Positions 12,325-22,631 of a stretch of DNA of 64,000 bases are shown piece by piece. Position 1 is the stretch's first letter, and every line of letters begins with the position of its first letter. The translations under genes were made by a program, and so were the position numbers. Below the pieces are notes generated by a model, which was not told where the DNA came from, made no database searches, and saw only the letters and a program-made list of their open reading frames with translations. Where the stretch lies: the NCBI GenBank assembly GCA_035691665.1, contig DASSIS010000089.1:3145-67144 (forward strand). The letters are read 5' to 3'. The DNA comes from Gammaproteobacteria bacterium. Lineage in GTDB: Bacteria > Pseudomonadota > Gammaproteobacteria > Natronospirales > REEB76.

Positions 12325-13925
12325 AGCAGCTTGCCGGGGTCGCTCAAGGCCAGCGGCACGGCTTTCCGGGTCTTGATGTCCACTGTCACGATCCGGTCGT
12401 GGTCGGTGTCAGCCACGTACAGGGTGTCGCCGGTGAAGCTCAGGCCCCCCGGCTCGTCGAAGGTATCGCCACCGATCAAGGTGCTCACGGTGCGCCGGTG
12501 AGGATCCAGCACCTTGATCTTGCTGTTGTAGGTATCGGCTATATAGATGAGGCCGGCATGCCAGGCGACGCCCAAATCATGCTGCAAGCGCACCTCATCT
12601 CCCGAGCCGTCCACATCGCCGAAGTCGAAGAGGCCGGTGCCCACGAGTGTGTGCACCCGGGCCAGGGTGCCGCTGAAATCTACGGCCCGCACCGCGCTCG
12701 CCTCCGGATCGGCGGTGTAGAGCATGCTGCCGTCGGTGGTGAGGCCGCTAGGCTGGGCGAAGGAGGCGTCCGCCAGCTCACCGTCATCGATGCCCTCGGC
12801 CCCGGAGCCGGCGAAGTGACGGATCTCTTGCTTCGCGGGGTCGTAGACCCAGAGCTGGTGCTGACCGGCCATGGCGATGTAGACCAAGCCGTCATGGTAG
12901 AGCAGGTCCCAGGGCGTATTGAGCTCCGCCCGGGCGGCCGGTTCGTCACCGTCATCCATATAAGTCTGCTTGCCGTCACCCGCCACGGTGACCACACTGC
13001 CCTCCCTCAGGTCCACGCGGCGCAACGCATTGTTGTCCGTATCCGCCACGTAGAGCGTGTCCGCGTCGGCGAGCGTCAGCCCCTGGGGATAATGGAACTC
13101 AGCCTGGGCCGCGGCACCGTCCTTCAGTCCCGGCTTGCCGTCACCGATCACCGAGAGCACCTTGCCCTCGAGCGTGGTGACCACGATGCGGTTGTGGTTG
13201 GAATCGGCGATGAAGAGCCGGCCGCCCTTCGCATCCGCCAACACCTTGCCGGGATAGAGCAGCTCACTCTTGGGCATCTTCTCCGCCAGGCCCGCGAACC
13301 AGAGGGGTTTGGCGTTCAACTCGTGGCGCGCGGAGAACTCCTGAGTGAGGGTGCCGATCACCTTGTCCAGGAGCGCGTAGTGCCCTTCGCCCGACACCTG
13401 CCCCACCACGTTGCCGGCCGGGTCGATGAGCGTGAGCGTGGGCCAGCCGGTGGCGCCGTATTCGTTCCAGATCTGCATGTCGTGGTCGTTCACCACGGGA
13501 TGCGTGAGCCCGTAGCGCTGCACGATGGCGGCGATATGCGTTGTCTTACCCTCGGTGGCGAACTTGGCGGAATGCACGCCGATGATCGCCAGGCTGTCGG
13601 GGTACTTGGCCTCGAGCTTCTCGAGGTCCGGGATCACGTGGAAGCAGTTCACGCAGCCGTAGGTCCAGAAATCCAGCAACACCACCTTGCCCTTGAGCTC
13701 CGCCAGGGTCACGGGCTTGCCGCCGGTGTTGATCCAATCGAGGCCCGTGGGGAACGCCGGCGCCGCCTCCTTCCCGAAGAAAGTGTTGGGCACTTCCGAA
13801 GCCGCCACCAGCGAGAGCGGCGAAGCTGGGCCGAACCAGCGCAAGCCGGCCAGCGCGCCGCCCAAGAGCAGCAGGCCCAATACGGCCAGGGTGGTGGAAC
13901 GGGCGATGTGCATGAGGTATCTCAC
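12321..13925 (-). CDS. Thioredoxin-like (CxxC) / NHL-repeat protein
   Basis: N-terminal TM/signal sequence, then the redoxin motif FWTYGCVNCFH, then repeated NHL-type blades (LYVADTDNN, IYIADTYNSKI, LYVADTDHDRI). Confidence 0.8.
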   Translation of the reverse strand: MRYLMHIARSTTLAVLGLLLLGGALAGLRWFGPASPLSLVAASEVPNTFFGKEAAPAFPTGLDWINTGGKPVTLAELKGKVVLLDFWTYGCVNCFHVIPDLEKLEAKYPDSLAIIGVHSAKFATEGKTTHIAAIVQRYGLTHPVVNDHDMQIWNEYGATGWPTLTLIDPAGNVVGQVSGEGHYALLDKVIGTLTQEFSARHELNAKPLWFAGLAEKMPKSELLYPGKVLADAKGGRLFIADSNHNRIVVTTLEGKVLSVIGDGKPGLKDGAAAQAEFHYPQGLTLADADTLYVADTDNNALRRVDLREGSVVTVAGDGKQTYMDDGDEPAARAELNTPWDLLYHDGLVYIAMAGQHQLWVYDPAKQEIRHFAGSGAEGIDDGELADASFAQPSGLTTDGSMLYTADPEASAVRAVDFSGTLARVHTLVGTGLFDFGDVDGSGDEVRLQHDLGVAWHAGLIYIADTYNSKIKVLDPHRRTVSTLIGGDTFDEPGGLSFTGDTLYVADTDHDRIVTVDIKTRKAVPLALSDPGKLL

Positions 13926-13984
13926 TCGGGTGCTCTTGAGAGGGCTAAGGGTCGATGTGATTCAAGACCCTGGGAGTCGCCGGA

Positions 13985-14764
13985 TTATTTCGCCTCGGCG
14001 CGCGTCCTGAAGATCAGGCTGCAGCAGGTGACGCCGCCCTCGGCCTTCTCGGTCTCGGACATGTCCACCGTCACCACCGGCACGCGCCGCCCCGCGAGAC
14101 GCTCCCGGGTACGGGGGAAGGAACTCGGATAGATCACGCCCCCGGGCAGCCACACGGCGTTGGCCGCATGCGGCTCAGCCGGATCCACCTCCAGGAAATC
14201 CACCTCATGGAAGGCACGCCGATCCACCCAGGCGGGGTTGATGAGCAAGAGCCCGGGCGCCACCTGGGTCACGGCGGTCTTGAGGTGCAGGCAACCGCGG
14301 GTCTCCACCGGCACCACCTCGTATCCATAGGCTGCCGTCGCCGCCGCGAGCTGGCCGATGCCTTCTCGGTCGCTGCGCGCCGACCGACCCACGTAGAGTG
14401 TGTGCCCGACCCGCAACACATCGCCGCCGTCCAGCGTGCCCGGCGTCTCGATGGTGACGAGTTCGCGATACCCGATAAGCGCGCGGGCCATGGACTCGGT
14501 CTCGACGCGGCGCGACTCGGCGCCCGGGCGGGTGATGACCGCGATCTCGTCCAGCACCACCGCAGTGTCTTCCACGAACACCGAGTCCGCCTGCTCCGAG
14601 AGCTCCGGCAGGGCCACGACACGGCAGCCCAGGGTCTCGAGGGCTTCCCGGTAGGCGCGGTGCTGGCGGCGGGCCAGGTCCACGTCGATGGGGGTGCGCG
14701 GCAGGTAGGAGAGCTCGCAACGCTCGAGGGCGGCGCTCACCTCCCGGGTGACGGCGATCTGCAA
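13985..14764 (-). CDS. Dimethylarginine dimethylaminohydrolase (DDAH)-family amidinotransferase
   Basis: Shows ITRPGAESRR, CLHLKT and the C-terminal GGVTCCSLIF with the catalytic Cys, collinear with Pseudomonas DDAH. I moved the start to the TTG at 14764, preceded by GGAGGA. The track's first 19 codons (to 14821) are AT-rich with rare codons. Confidence 0.8.
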   Translation of the reverse strand: MQIAVTREVSAALERCELSYLPRTPIDVDLARRQHRAYREALETLGCRVVALPELSEQADSVFVEDTAVVLDEIAVITRPGAESRRVETESMARALIGYRELVTIETPGTLDGGDVLRVGHTLYVGRSARSDREGIGQLAAATAAYGYEVVPVETRGCLHLKTAVTQVAPGLLLINPAWVDRRAFHEVDFLEVDPAEPHAANAVWLPGGVIYPSSFPRTRERLAGRRVPVVTVDMSETEKAEGGVTCCSLIFRTRAEAK

Positions 14765-14877
14765 TCTATCCTCCTGATCCTGTGAATTTTCCTGTCCCAA
14801 ATATGTCTTTTTTAGTAGCATCAGGCAAACCGCGCCGCTTGAGCGCCCATACGACAGACACTCCCAGGGGTATCAGA

Positions 14878-16212
14878 ATGGCCACCGCCACCACGGCAGA
14901 CCGTCGCAGCTTAGGACTCGCCACCACCACCTCCATCGTGCTCGGCAACATGGTCGGCTCCGGCGTCTTCCTGCTCCCCGCCACCATGGCGGTGTTCGGC
15001 GTCTACAGCCTGTGGGGTTGGTGCGTGAGCACCGTCGGCGCCCTGCTGCTCGCCTGGGTGTTCAGCAACCTCTCGCGGCGCCTGCCCAAGGCTGGCGGCC
15101 CCTACGCCTATCCGCGCGAGGCCTTCGGCGACTTCGCCGGTTTTCAGGTCGCCTGGATCTACTGGCTCAGCATCGTGGGCACGAACGCTTCCATTGCCGT
15201 CGCCTTCACGAGCTACCTGGGATTCTTCGTACCGGTACTTTCTTCGAACCCATGGTACGGCGCGCTGTCAGCGTTGGCGGCTGGGTGGGTGCTCACGGGC
15301 ATCAACATCCTGGGCGTACGCGCTGCCGGCCGCTTGCAGCTCGTGACCGTGATCCTCAAGCTCACGCCGCTCGTGGCCTTGGGCGTGTTCGGACTGTTCC
15401 ACTTCGATCTTCACATCCTCATGTCCGGCCACCCGGCGGTGGGCGCCGGCTCAGCCATCAACCAGTCGGCGGCGCTGGCCATGTGGGCCTTCCTGGGCCT
15501 GGAGTGCGCCACGGTGCCCGCGGACCACGTGAAGGACCCGGAGAAGACCATCCCCCGCGCCACCATGCTCGGCACCATCATCGCCGGTGTGTTCTATATT
15601 GTCTGCACCACCGTGGTCATGGGCATCATCCCCGCCGACGTGCTGGCCAAGTCCGGCGCACCCTTCGCCGATGCCGCCAAGCTCCTGTGGGGCAACTGGG
15701 CGGGCAGCATCATCGCTATCACCGCTATCATCTCCTGCTTCGGTGCGCTGAACGGCTGGATCCTCATGCAGGGCCAGCTGCCCCAGGCGGTGGCTAACAA
15801 CGGGCTCTTCCCTAAAGTGCTCGCGAAAGAATCTCGTTTTGGCACGCCCATGGTTGCATTAGTTGTGTCCAGCGTGCTCGCCAGCGTGCTGGTGCTGATG
15901 AGCAAGGGCGGCAGCGCCATAGGTGGTGGAACCGGCAATACGCTCATCCAGATGTTCACCGATTTGATACTCATCACTACCTTCTTCACCCTCGTGCCCT
16001 ACATGCTGTGCGCCCTGGCGGAGATCGTGCTATCGCGCAAGCAGAAGCGCGCCAGCAACCTCAGGCTGCGCGACGTCCGCTTCGCCATGGGAGGCTTCGT
16101 GTTCGGCTTGTGGGCCTGCTACGGCACGGGTGAGGATTCGCTGTTCTACGGCACGCTGCTGCTGCTCGCGGGCCTGCCCATCTACGTGTGGCAGACGCGC
16201 CTCGCCAAATAA
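14878..16212 (+). CDS. APC-superfamily amino acid/polyamine antiporter (AdiC/PotE-like)
   Basis: Twelve-TM-type protein with SIVLGNMVGSGVFLLPA near the N-terminus. The start is taken at ATG 14878 (MATATTADRRSLG). Confidence 0.85.
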   Translation: MATATTADRRSLGLATTTSIVLGNMVGSGVFLLPATMAVFGVYSLWGWCVSTVGALLLAWVFSNLSRRLPKAGGPYAYPREAFGDFAGFQVAWIYWLSIVGTNASIAVAFTSYLGFFVPVLSSNPWYGALSALAAGWVLTGINILGVRAAGRLQLVTVILKLTPLVALGVFGLFHFDLHILMSGHPAVGAGSAINQSAALAMWAFLGLECATVPADHVKDPEKTIPRATMLGTIIAGVFYIVCTTVVMGIIPADVLAKSGAPFADAAKLLWGNWAGSIIAITAIISCFGALNGWILMQGQLPQAVANNGLFPKVLAKESRFGTPMVALVVSSVLASVLVLMSKGGSAIGGGTGNTLIQMFTDLILITTFFTLVPYMLCALAEIVLSRKQKRASNLRLRDVRFAMGGFVFGLWACYGTGEDSLFYGTLLLLAGLPIYVWQTRLAK

Positions 16213-16228
16213 CCGTGCCGGGGAACGT

Positions 16229-17320
16229 TCAGCCGCTCTCGGCCGCGCTGCGATAGTCGGCGCGGATCAATTCCTGGAAGTGGTGCACGCCAGACTCGCG
16301 CTTGGGTGAGAGACGCCCGGCGCGATAGGAGCCGGACTCGAGACCTAGCTGCACCCGCTCGCAGATGCCGATGTCTTCCTGCTGCACCTCGTCGCTGAAA
16401 CTCAGGTCCTCGGCGATCATCTTCCGGGCCGCCGCCGACTCCGGGTCGCTGTAGTAATAGTCGAACAGCACCCGGCAGCACCCGCCTGCACCCGGCACCA
16501 CCAGGTTGGTCTGCAGCCGCCCCGGCAGGATGTTCAGCATCATGTTGGGGTAGATGAAATAATAGTGCGCTTCGCCGGCGGCGTAAGGCCCCTGGCTCTC
16601 ATCCAGCGGACTCTGCTGCCAGGAATACCGCTCCGCCAGGTTCGTGGTGTACTGCCGGTAATCCAGCAGCTTGTTCAGGCCTGGATGCACATGGGGCAGA
16701 TGGTAGCCCTCCAGGTAGTTGTCCACGTAAGCCTTCCAGTTGCACGCCACCTCGTAGCTCACCCGGGAGTGATAGCGGTAATCCTGCAGCGCGAGGGGCC
16801 GGATGCGCTCGCGGATGCCGCCGAGGAGCGCTTCCAGTCCAGCCGCCGGCGCCTTGAGCGCCGCGAACACGAGACCCTCCCACTCCGCCACCTGGATACC
16901 CTCCAGGTGGATGCAACTCATGTCGAAATCCTGAGCTTCCTTCATCTCATGGGCGGCGCGCAGCTGCCCGGCGAGGGTGTAGGTCCAGCCGTGGTACTTG
17001 CACTGCAGCTGCCGCGCGTTGCCGTCCGCGAGCGCCAGGGGCCCCGCCCGGTGGCGGCAGACGTTGAAGAAGCCGCGCAACACCCGGTCGTCTCCGCGCA
17101 CCAGGATGATGGGCCTGCCGGCGATTTCCGCCACCACGTGGTCACCCGGCTGGGCGAGCTTCTCGGCGCGGCTCGTGAGCTGCCAATGGCGTGCGAACAC
17201 CGCCTCGCGCTCGAAGCCATGGAACCCGGGATCGGTGTAGCAGACCGCCGGCAGGGTCGCGGCGGATTCCAGCGGCAGCGGGCGATAGTCGGCGGGATCG
17301 AAACCGGCGGGCGTCTTCAT
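16229..17320 (-). CDS. Rieske [2Fe-2S] non-heme iron oxygenase, alpha-subunit-like
   Basis: The Rieske motif CRHRAGP...CKYHGW is followed by a catalytic domain. The start MKTPAGFDP at 17320 overlaps the MFS stop (ATGA). The track ORF is over-extended to 17638. Confidence 0.8.
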   Translation of the reverse strand: MKTPAGFDPADYRPLPLESAATLPAVCYTDPGFHGFEREAVFARHWQLTSRAEKLAQPGDHVVAEIAGRPIILVRGDDRVLRGFFNVCRHRAGPLALADGNARQLQCKYHGWTYTLAGQLRAAHEMKEAQDFDMSCIHLEGIQVAEWEGLVFAALKAPAAGLEALLGGIRERIRPLALQDYRYHSRVSYEVACNWKAYVDNYLEGYHLPHVHPGLNKLLDYRQYTTNLAERYSWQQSPLDESQGPYAAGEAHYYFIYPNMMLNILPGRLQTNLVVPGAGGCCRVLFDYYYSDPESAAARKMIAEDLSFSDEVQQEDIGICERVQLGLESGSYRAGRLSPKRESGVHHFQELIRADYRSAAESG

Positions 17321-18558
17321 CCGCCGGTCGCAGGTTCGACCACGGGCTCGAGATGTCCGGGCCGCGTGGTGCGCCAGGCGATGAACGCCGCTCCGATCAG
17401 CAGCGCCGCGGCCAGCAGGAACGGCGCGCCGGGCAGGCCCCAGCTCGCGTGCCGGCCGATGGCGTCGGCGAAGGTCTCGGTGAACAGACCCGGGCCGAAG
17501 CAGCTGGCGATGCCCATGATGCTGGAGAGCGCGCCCTGCAGCTGGCCCTGTTCGGTGGCGTCCACGAGATGGGTCATGATGCCCTGGGAGGAAGGCCCGG
17601 CGATGCCCCACAGAGACATGACCGGTATGCCCGCCCAAAACCAGGCCCCCGTGGGTGCGAGACCGTAGACGGCGAAGCCGGCGGCGCCGAATAGGAGTCC
17701 GAGCGCGAGGGTGCGCCGCTCCCCGAGACGCTTCACGATGGGTTTCACGAGGCCGCCCTGCACGACGATGGCGCCGACGCCGACACCGGCGAGCATGTAA
17801 CCCACGGCGCTGGTGTCCCAGTGGTAACGGTAAGCCATGTAGAGCACCGCGGTGCTGGGCAGCACTGCATGGGCCAGGTTCATGAGGAACTGGGAGGTAG
17901 CGAGCCCGGCCAGCATCGGGTGCGAGCGCAGCAGCACCAGCGCGCCCACGGGGTTAGCCCGCTTCCAGGAGAACCTGGCGCGCTTCTCCAGCGGCAGGGA
18001 TTCCGGCAGGACGAACAGGCCGTAGCTCGCGTTGACGAGGGCGAGCACCGCCGCCACCCAGAACGGCAGCCGCGGCGAGATATGCCCCAGGATCCCGCCG
18101 AGCGCCGGACCCAGCACGAAACCCACCCCGAAGGCGGCGCCGATCAGGCCGAAAGCGCCGGCGCGTTTCTCGGGCGGCGTGGTGTCGGCGATATAGGCGC
18201 CGGCGGTGCTGATGCTGGCGGCGCAGATGCCGGAGATGACGCGGCCCAGGAACAGCCAATAGAGGTTGGGTGCCGTCGCCATCAGCAGGAAGTCGAGCCC
18301 GAGACCCGTGCAGGATATGAGGATCACGGTGCGCCGGCCGAAGCGGTCCGAGAGCGCGCCTAGGAGCGGCGAGAAGCAGAACTGCATGATGGCCCAGGCG
18401 GTGCCGAACACGCCGTAGACCTCGGCCGCGCGCACCGTATTGCCGCCCAGGAAGTCCTGCACCAGCATGGGCAGCACCGGGATGATCAGCCCGAAGGCCA
18501 GCATGTCGATGACCACGGTGACCAGGATGAAAGCCATGGCGGCTTTGCGGTTGTTCAT
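17317..18558 (-). CDS. MFS transporter (TCR/Tet-like)
   Basis: 413 aa, twelve-TM type, with MFS motif [11 protein letters not shown]. Confidence 0.85.
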   Translation of the reverse strand: MNNRKAAMAFILVTVVIDMLAFGLIIPVLPMLVQDFLGGNTVRAAEVYGVFGTAWAIMQFCFSPLLGALSDRFGRRTVILISCTGLGLDFLLMATAPNLYWLFLGRVISGICAASISTAGAYIADTTPPEKRAGAFGLIGAAFGVGFVLGPALGGILGHISPRLPFWVAAVLALVNASYGLFVLPESLPLEKRARFSWKRANPVGALVLLRSHPMLAGLATSQFLMNLAHAVLPSTAVLYMAYRYHWDTSAVGYMLAGVGVGAIVVQGGLVKPIVKRLGERRTLALGLLFGAAGFAVYGLAPTGAWFWAGIPVMSLWGIAGPSSQGIMTHLVDATEQGQLQGALSSIMGIASCFGPGLFTETFADAIGRHASWGLPGAPFLLAAALLIGAAFIAWRTTRPGHLEPVVEPATGG

Positions 18559-18631
18559 GTCAGGTCCATCTCGGGTCCCGTGGAGGTAGAAGTATGAGAC
18601 GCCGTCTTTCCTATTAGGTTCCCCGCCGGAC

Positions 18632-19375
18632 TCAGGCCAATTCGCGCTTGGCGGTACCGATCCATTCCTTGTTCAGACGCCGGCTGTGGCTGCTGCCCAG
18701 CTTTGCGTTCTGCAGGATGTCCTGGAACAGCTCCTTGGCGGCAGCCTGCTGACCCTGCTGCTTCAGGAACAGGGCGTAACGGCATTTCGCCTCCATGCCG
18801 CCGGATTCCCGGACGGCGGCGGCATATTCCCTGTCTGCGCGTTCCATCTCCCCGAGTTGCTCCAATACCCGCGCATACAGCAGTTTCGCTTCCGGCAGTT
18901 TGAGCCCGGGATTGGTGGTGCGCAGCTTTTCCAGCACGCTGCGCGCATCCGCATAGAAGCCGGCGGCATACAGTGCGGTCGCGTAACCGCACAACAGATA
19001 CGGATCGTCCTCATATATCCCGACGAGCGACCGTTCGTACAGGGCAAGCGCGTCCTTGACCATCCCGTGGCGGACGAGTTCACCCGCCAGCGACACGCGG
19101 TTCGACACCGTATCCGAGACATCCAGACTGTTCAGGCGCCGGCGCAATTCGCGGCGCGGATCGAAGATGGCCAACACTGCCTTGGAAGTGCCGCGCGCAG
19201 CATGGGAATGCCGCGTGTCCGGGATCCAGATCATGATGGCGTACACAGCACTGCCTATGAACGGGAAGAACAGGATGATGAAGATCCAGAAATAGTCGTT
19301 GCGGCGGGAAATGCAGTGCACTATGCACGCGATCTGCACCACGGCGGAGATGATCCCGAGGTAGGAATAGAACAC
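18632..19375 (-). CDS. Membrane-anchored TPR-repeat protein with PLDc_N-like N-terminus
   Basis: The N-terminus has two TM helices with FWIFIILFFPFIGSAVYAIM, followed by TPR-like helical repeats. Confidence 0.55.
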   Translation of the reverse strand: MFYSYLGIISAVVQIACIVHCISRRNDYFWIFIILFFPFIGSAVYAIMIWIPDTRHSHAARGTSKAVLAIFDPRRELRRRLNSLDVSDTVSNRVSLAGELVRHGMVKDALALYERSLVGIYEDDPYLLCGYATALYAAGFYADARSVLEKLRTTNPGLKLPEAKLLYARVLEQLGEMERADREYAAAVRESGGMEAKCRYALFLKQQGQQAAAKELFQDILQNAKLGSSHSRRLNKEWIGTAKRELA

Positions 19376-19440
19376 GCGCGCCCCTTATGTATTTATGGTC
19401 CGTCCTCGCGGCGAGGATAGCAGCGGCCCGCCGCGGAAAT

Positions 19441-19848
19441 CTAGGCTTCGGCGATCTCATCGTAGCCCTTGCCGCGGAACTGGATGAGGCAAAGCCCGTG
19501 GCCGAAGGGGTCCGAGAGGTGGGCGATATGGCCCCATTTGTGGGTTTCGATCTCGCCCTCGAGGATGGCGCCCTCCGCCTGGGCCTTCGCGGTGGCCGCC
19601 TTCACGTCTTCCACCACGAGATCGAGATGCACCGGCGTCCAGTGACGGCGGTAGTCGCGGGTCTGGAAGATGGTCCTGGCTGCCTTGCTGCCCCGGGGCT
19701 TCACCAGGAGGTAGATGGCCGAAGAGGCGCCCAAGAGCTCCACGCCTTCGTCACCGAACCGCCGGCTGGGCTTGAGACCGAAAGCCCGGGTGTAGAAGGC
19801 GATGCCCTTCTCCAGGTCGTCCACGTCGATGTTGGCGAGCAGTTCCAT
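19441..19848 (-). CDS. VOC/glyoxalase-family protein
   Basis: 135 aa with the pattern DDLEKGIAFYTRAFG...DPFGHGLCLIQ, typical of the glyoxalase/bleomycin-resistance fold. Confidence 0.7.
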   Translation of the reverse strand: MELLANIDVDDLEKGIAFYTRAFGLKPSRRFGDEGVELLGASSAIYLLVKPRGSKAARTIFQTRDYRRHWTPVHLDLVVEDVKAATAKAQAEGAILEGEIETHKWGHIAHLSDPFGHGLCLIQFRGKGYDEIAEA

Positions 19849-19866
19849 CGCTCTTAAGGTTACCCC

Positions 19867-19896
19867 AAACGAAAAAGCCTGGCGCAGGGCCGGGCT
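19867..19896 (-). terminator. Intrinsic terminator after prpD
   Basis: AGCCTGGC-GCAGG-GCCGGGCT forms an 8-bp stem with one G-U pair. The flanking A-run reads TTTTTCGTTT after the hairpin on the minus strand. Confidence 0.7.
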
Positions 19897-19962
19897 TTTC
19901 TCTGTAAGGACCCGCGCCTCGTTCTAGGCGAAAATCCGCTCGTGAGGCATCTTAAGATATCG

Positions 19963-21411
19963 TCAAACTGTCCAAAGGGACATGAAGTCCGTGACGGATG
20001 TCGATTCCAGATCCTTCTGATCGCCGCAGAGGTCCTTGATGGCCGTGCACTGGCGCGCCGACAGCTTGCCGGCGATGGCCTTCTCGAACTTGTTCACCAG
20101 CACCGGGATGCCCTCGGCGCGGCGCTTGCGGTGACCGATGGGGAACTCCACCTCCACCCGCTCGCTCTTGGCGCCGCCCTTGAAGAACACCTGGATGGCA
20201 TTGCCGATGTAGCGCTTGGCCGGGTCATAGTAGTCCTTGGTGAACTTGCCGTTCTCGCGCACTTCCATCTTGCTGCGCAGCTTGTCGATGCGCGGGTCCT
20301 TGGCCACCGCGTCCTCGTAGTCCTCGGCGGTGAGGCGGCCGAAGATCAGCGGCACGGCGACCATGTACTGGATGCAGTGGTCCCGATCTGCCGGGTTCGC
20401 GAGCTCGCCGGTCTTATCTATGATTCTCACCCCTGGTTCTTGGGTCTCGATCACGATCTTCTCGATCTCCCCGAGCTTGTCCTTCATCTGGGCGTGCAGC
20501 TGCATGGCGCATTCCACCGCCGTCTGGGCATGGAACTCCGCCGGGAAGGAGATCTTGATGAGCACGTTCTCCATCACATAGCTGCCGTAGGGGCGCTGGA
20601 ACTTGAAGGGCTGGCCCTTGAAAAGCACGTCATAGAAACCCCAGGTCTTGGCGCTGAGCGCGGAGGGGTAGCCCATCTCGCCCTTGAGCGCCATGAGTCC
20701 GTGGCGCACGGCGCGGCTCGTCGCGTCACCCGCCGCCCAGCTCTTGCGCGAACCGGTGTTGGGGGCGTGGCGGTAGGTACGCAGCGCGCCGCCGTCGATC
20801 CAGGCGTTGGACACGGCGTTCACCACATCCTCGCGGCTGCCGCCCAGCATGCGGGTGACCACCGCGGTGGAGGCCACGCGCACCAAGAGCACGTGGTCCA
20901 GGCCCACGCGGTTGTAGCTGTTCTCAAGCGCCAGCACGCCCTGGATCTCGTGGGCCTTGATCATGGCCGTGAGCACGTCCTTCATGGTGAGCGAGGCCTT
21001 GCCCTCCGCCAGGTTGCGGCGCGACACGTAGTCCGCCACCGCCAGGATTCCGCCCAGGTTGTCGGAAGGGTGACCCCATTCCGCCGCCAGCCAGGTGTCG
21101 TTGAAGTCGAGCCAGCGCACCATGGCGCCGATGTTGAAGGCCGCCTGCACCGGGTCGAGCTCGAAGCTCGTGCCCGGCACGCGCGCGCCGCCGGTGAGCG
21201 TCGCGCCCGGCACCACCGGACCCAGGAGCTTGGTGCAGGCCGGGTAGTTCAGGGCCAGCATGCCGCAGCCCAGGGTGTCCATCAGCACATAGCGCGCGGT
21301 CTTGAAAGCCTCGCTGCTCTTCACCTTGTAGTCGCAGACGTAGTCCGCGATGTCTTGGATCACCTGGTCGGGCTTGGGGCGCTTCGCTGATCGGATGTCG
21401 TGGCTGCTCAT
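19963..21411 (-). CDS. prpD: 2-methylcitrate dehydratase
   Basis: 482 aa, MmgE/PrpD family throughout. Downstream of prpC. Confidence 0.9.
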   Translation of the reverse strand: MSSHDIRSAKRPKPDQVIQDIADYVCDYKVKSSEAFKTARYVLMDTLGCGMLALNYPACTKLLGPVVPGATLTGGARVPGTSFELDPVQAAFNIGAMVRWLDFNDTWLAAEWGHPSDNLGGILAVADYVSRRNLAEGKASLTMKDVLTAMIKAHEIQGVLALENSYNRVGLDHVLLVRVASTAVVTRMLGGSREDVVNAVSNAWIDGGALRTYRHAPNTGSRKSWAAGDATSRAVRHGLMALKGEMGYPSALSAKTWGFYDVLFKGQPFKFQRPYGSYVMENVLIKISFPAEFHAQTAVECAMQLHAQMKDKLGEIEKIVIETQEPGVRIIDKTGELANPADRDHCIQYMVAVPLIFGRLTAEDYEDAVAKDPRIDKLRSKMEVRENGKFTKDYYDPAKRYIGNAIQVFFKGGAKSERVEVEFPIGHRKRRAEGIPVLVNKFEKAIAGKLSARQCTAIKDLCGDQKDLESTSVTDFMSLWTV

Positions 21412-21432
21412 CTTCAGTATCCCTGGTTATTT

Positions 21433-22608
21433 TTACTTACGCTTCTCGACAGAGACGAACTTCTGATCTTCGGGGCCGATGTAGTTCGCGCTAGGGCGGA
21501 TGATCTTGCCGTCGGCGCGCTGCTCGATGACATGGGCGCTCCAGCCGGTGGTGCGCGCCACCACGAACAGCGGCGTGAACATGGCGGTGGGCACGCCCAT
21601 CACGTGGTAGGACACGGCCGAGAACCAGTCCAGGTTCGGGAACATGTTCTTGGTCTTCTTCATCACCGTCTCGAGTCGCTCGGCGATGTCGTAGAGCTTC
21701 ATGTCGCCGGCGCCCTTGGAGAGGCTCTGGGCCACCTTCTTGATGACTACGTTACGTGGGTCGCTCACGGTGTACACCGGATGGCCGAAGCCGATGATGA
21801 CTTCCTTGGACTCCACACGGCGGCGGATGTCCGCCTCTGCCTCGTCGGGCGTGGCGTAACGGCTCTGGATCTCGAAGGCCACCTCGTTGGCACCGCCGTG
21901 CTTGGGGCCACGCAGCGCGCCGATGCCGCCGGTGATGGCCGAGTACATGTCCGAGCCCGTGCCGGCGATGACGCGGGCGGTGAAAGTGGAAGCGTTGAAC
22001 TCGTGCTCGGCGTAGAGGATGAGCGAGGTGTGCATGGCGCGCACCCAGGCGTCCGAGGGTTCGCTGCCGTGCAGCATGTGCAGGAAGTGGCCGCCCACGG
22101 AGTCGTCGTCGGTCTCGACCTCTATGCGTCGGCCGTCGTGGCTCCAGTGATACCAGTAGCAGAGCATGGAACCGAGCGAGGCCACCAGCCGGTCGGCGAT
22201 GTCGCGGGCGCCGGCGGCGTTGTGGTCGTCCTTCTCCGGGAGCGCACAGCCCAGAGCGGACACGCCGGTGCGCATCACGTCCATGGGATGGCTGGAAGGC
22301 GGAAGCTGCTCCAGGGCACAGCGCACCGTGACCGGCAGGCCACGCAGGCGCTTGAGCTTGACCTTGTAACCCTTCAGCTCGGCGCGGTTCGGCAGCTTGC
22401 CGTGGATCAAGAGGTAGGCTACCTCCTCGAAGTCGCACTTCTCCGCGATATCGAGGATGTCGTAGCCGCGGTAGTGCAGGTCGTTGCCGCTGCGGCCTAC
22501 GGTGCAGAGCGCGGTGTTGCCGGCTACGACGCCGGACAGGGCCACGGACTTCTTGGCCTTGGGGGCGTTGGCCGGGGACGGGGCCGAAGTGTTTTTCTCT
22601 TCGCTCAT
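21433..22608 (-). CDS. prpC: 2-methylcitrate synthase
   Basis: 391 aa citrate-synthase family protein ([21 protein letters not shown]). The start MSEEKNTS at 22608 replaces the over-extended track ORF (to 23322). Confidence 0.92.
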   Translation of the reverse strand: MSEEKNTSAPSPANAPKAKKSVALSGVVAGNTALCTVGRSGNDLHYRGYDILDIAEKCDFEEVAYLLIHGKLPNRAELKGYKVKLKRLRGLPVTVRCALEQLPPSSHPMDVMRTGVSALGCALPEKDDHNAAGARDIADRLVASLGSMLCYWYHWSHDGRRIEVETDDDSVGGHFLHMLHGSEPSDAWVRAMHTSLILYAEHEFNASTFTARVIAGTGSDMYSAITGGIGALRGPKHGGANEVAFEIQSRYATPDEAEADIRRRVESKEVIIGFGHPVYTVSDPRNVVIKKVAQSLSKGAGDMKLYDIAERLETVMKKTKNMFPNLDWFSAVSYHVMGVPTAMFTPLFVVARTTGWSAHVIEQRADGKIIRPSANYIGPEDQKFVSVEKRK

Positions 22609-22631
22609 GGTCCTGCTCCTGATGATTTCCG

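Noticed and set aside
14765-14821. The N-terminal 19 codons of the DDAH ORF as given in the track (MLLKKTYLGQENSQDQEDR).
   Set aside because: The stretch is AT-rich and built from rare codons (cta, aaa, aca, tat, aat, tca, aga). It contains a GGAGGA SD just before an in-frame TTG that gives the family-typical length. I treat it as 5' UTR rather than coding.
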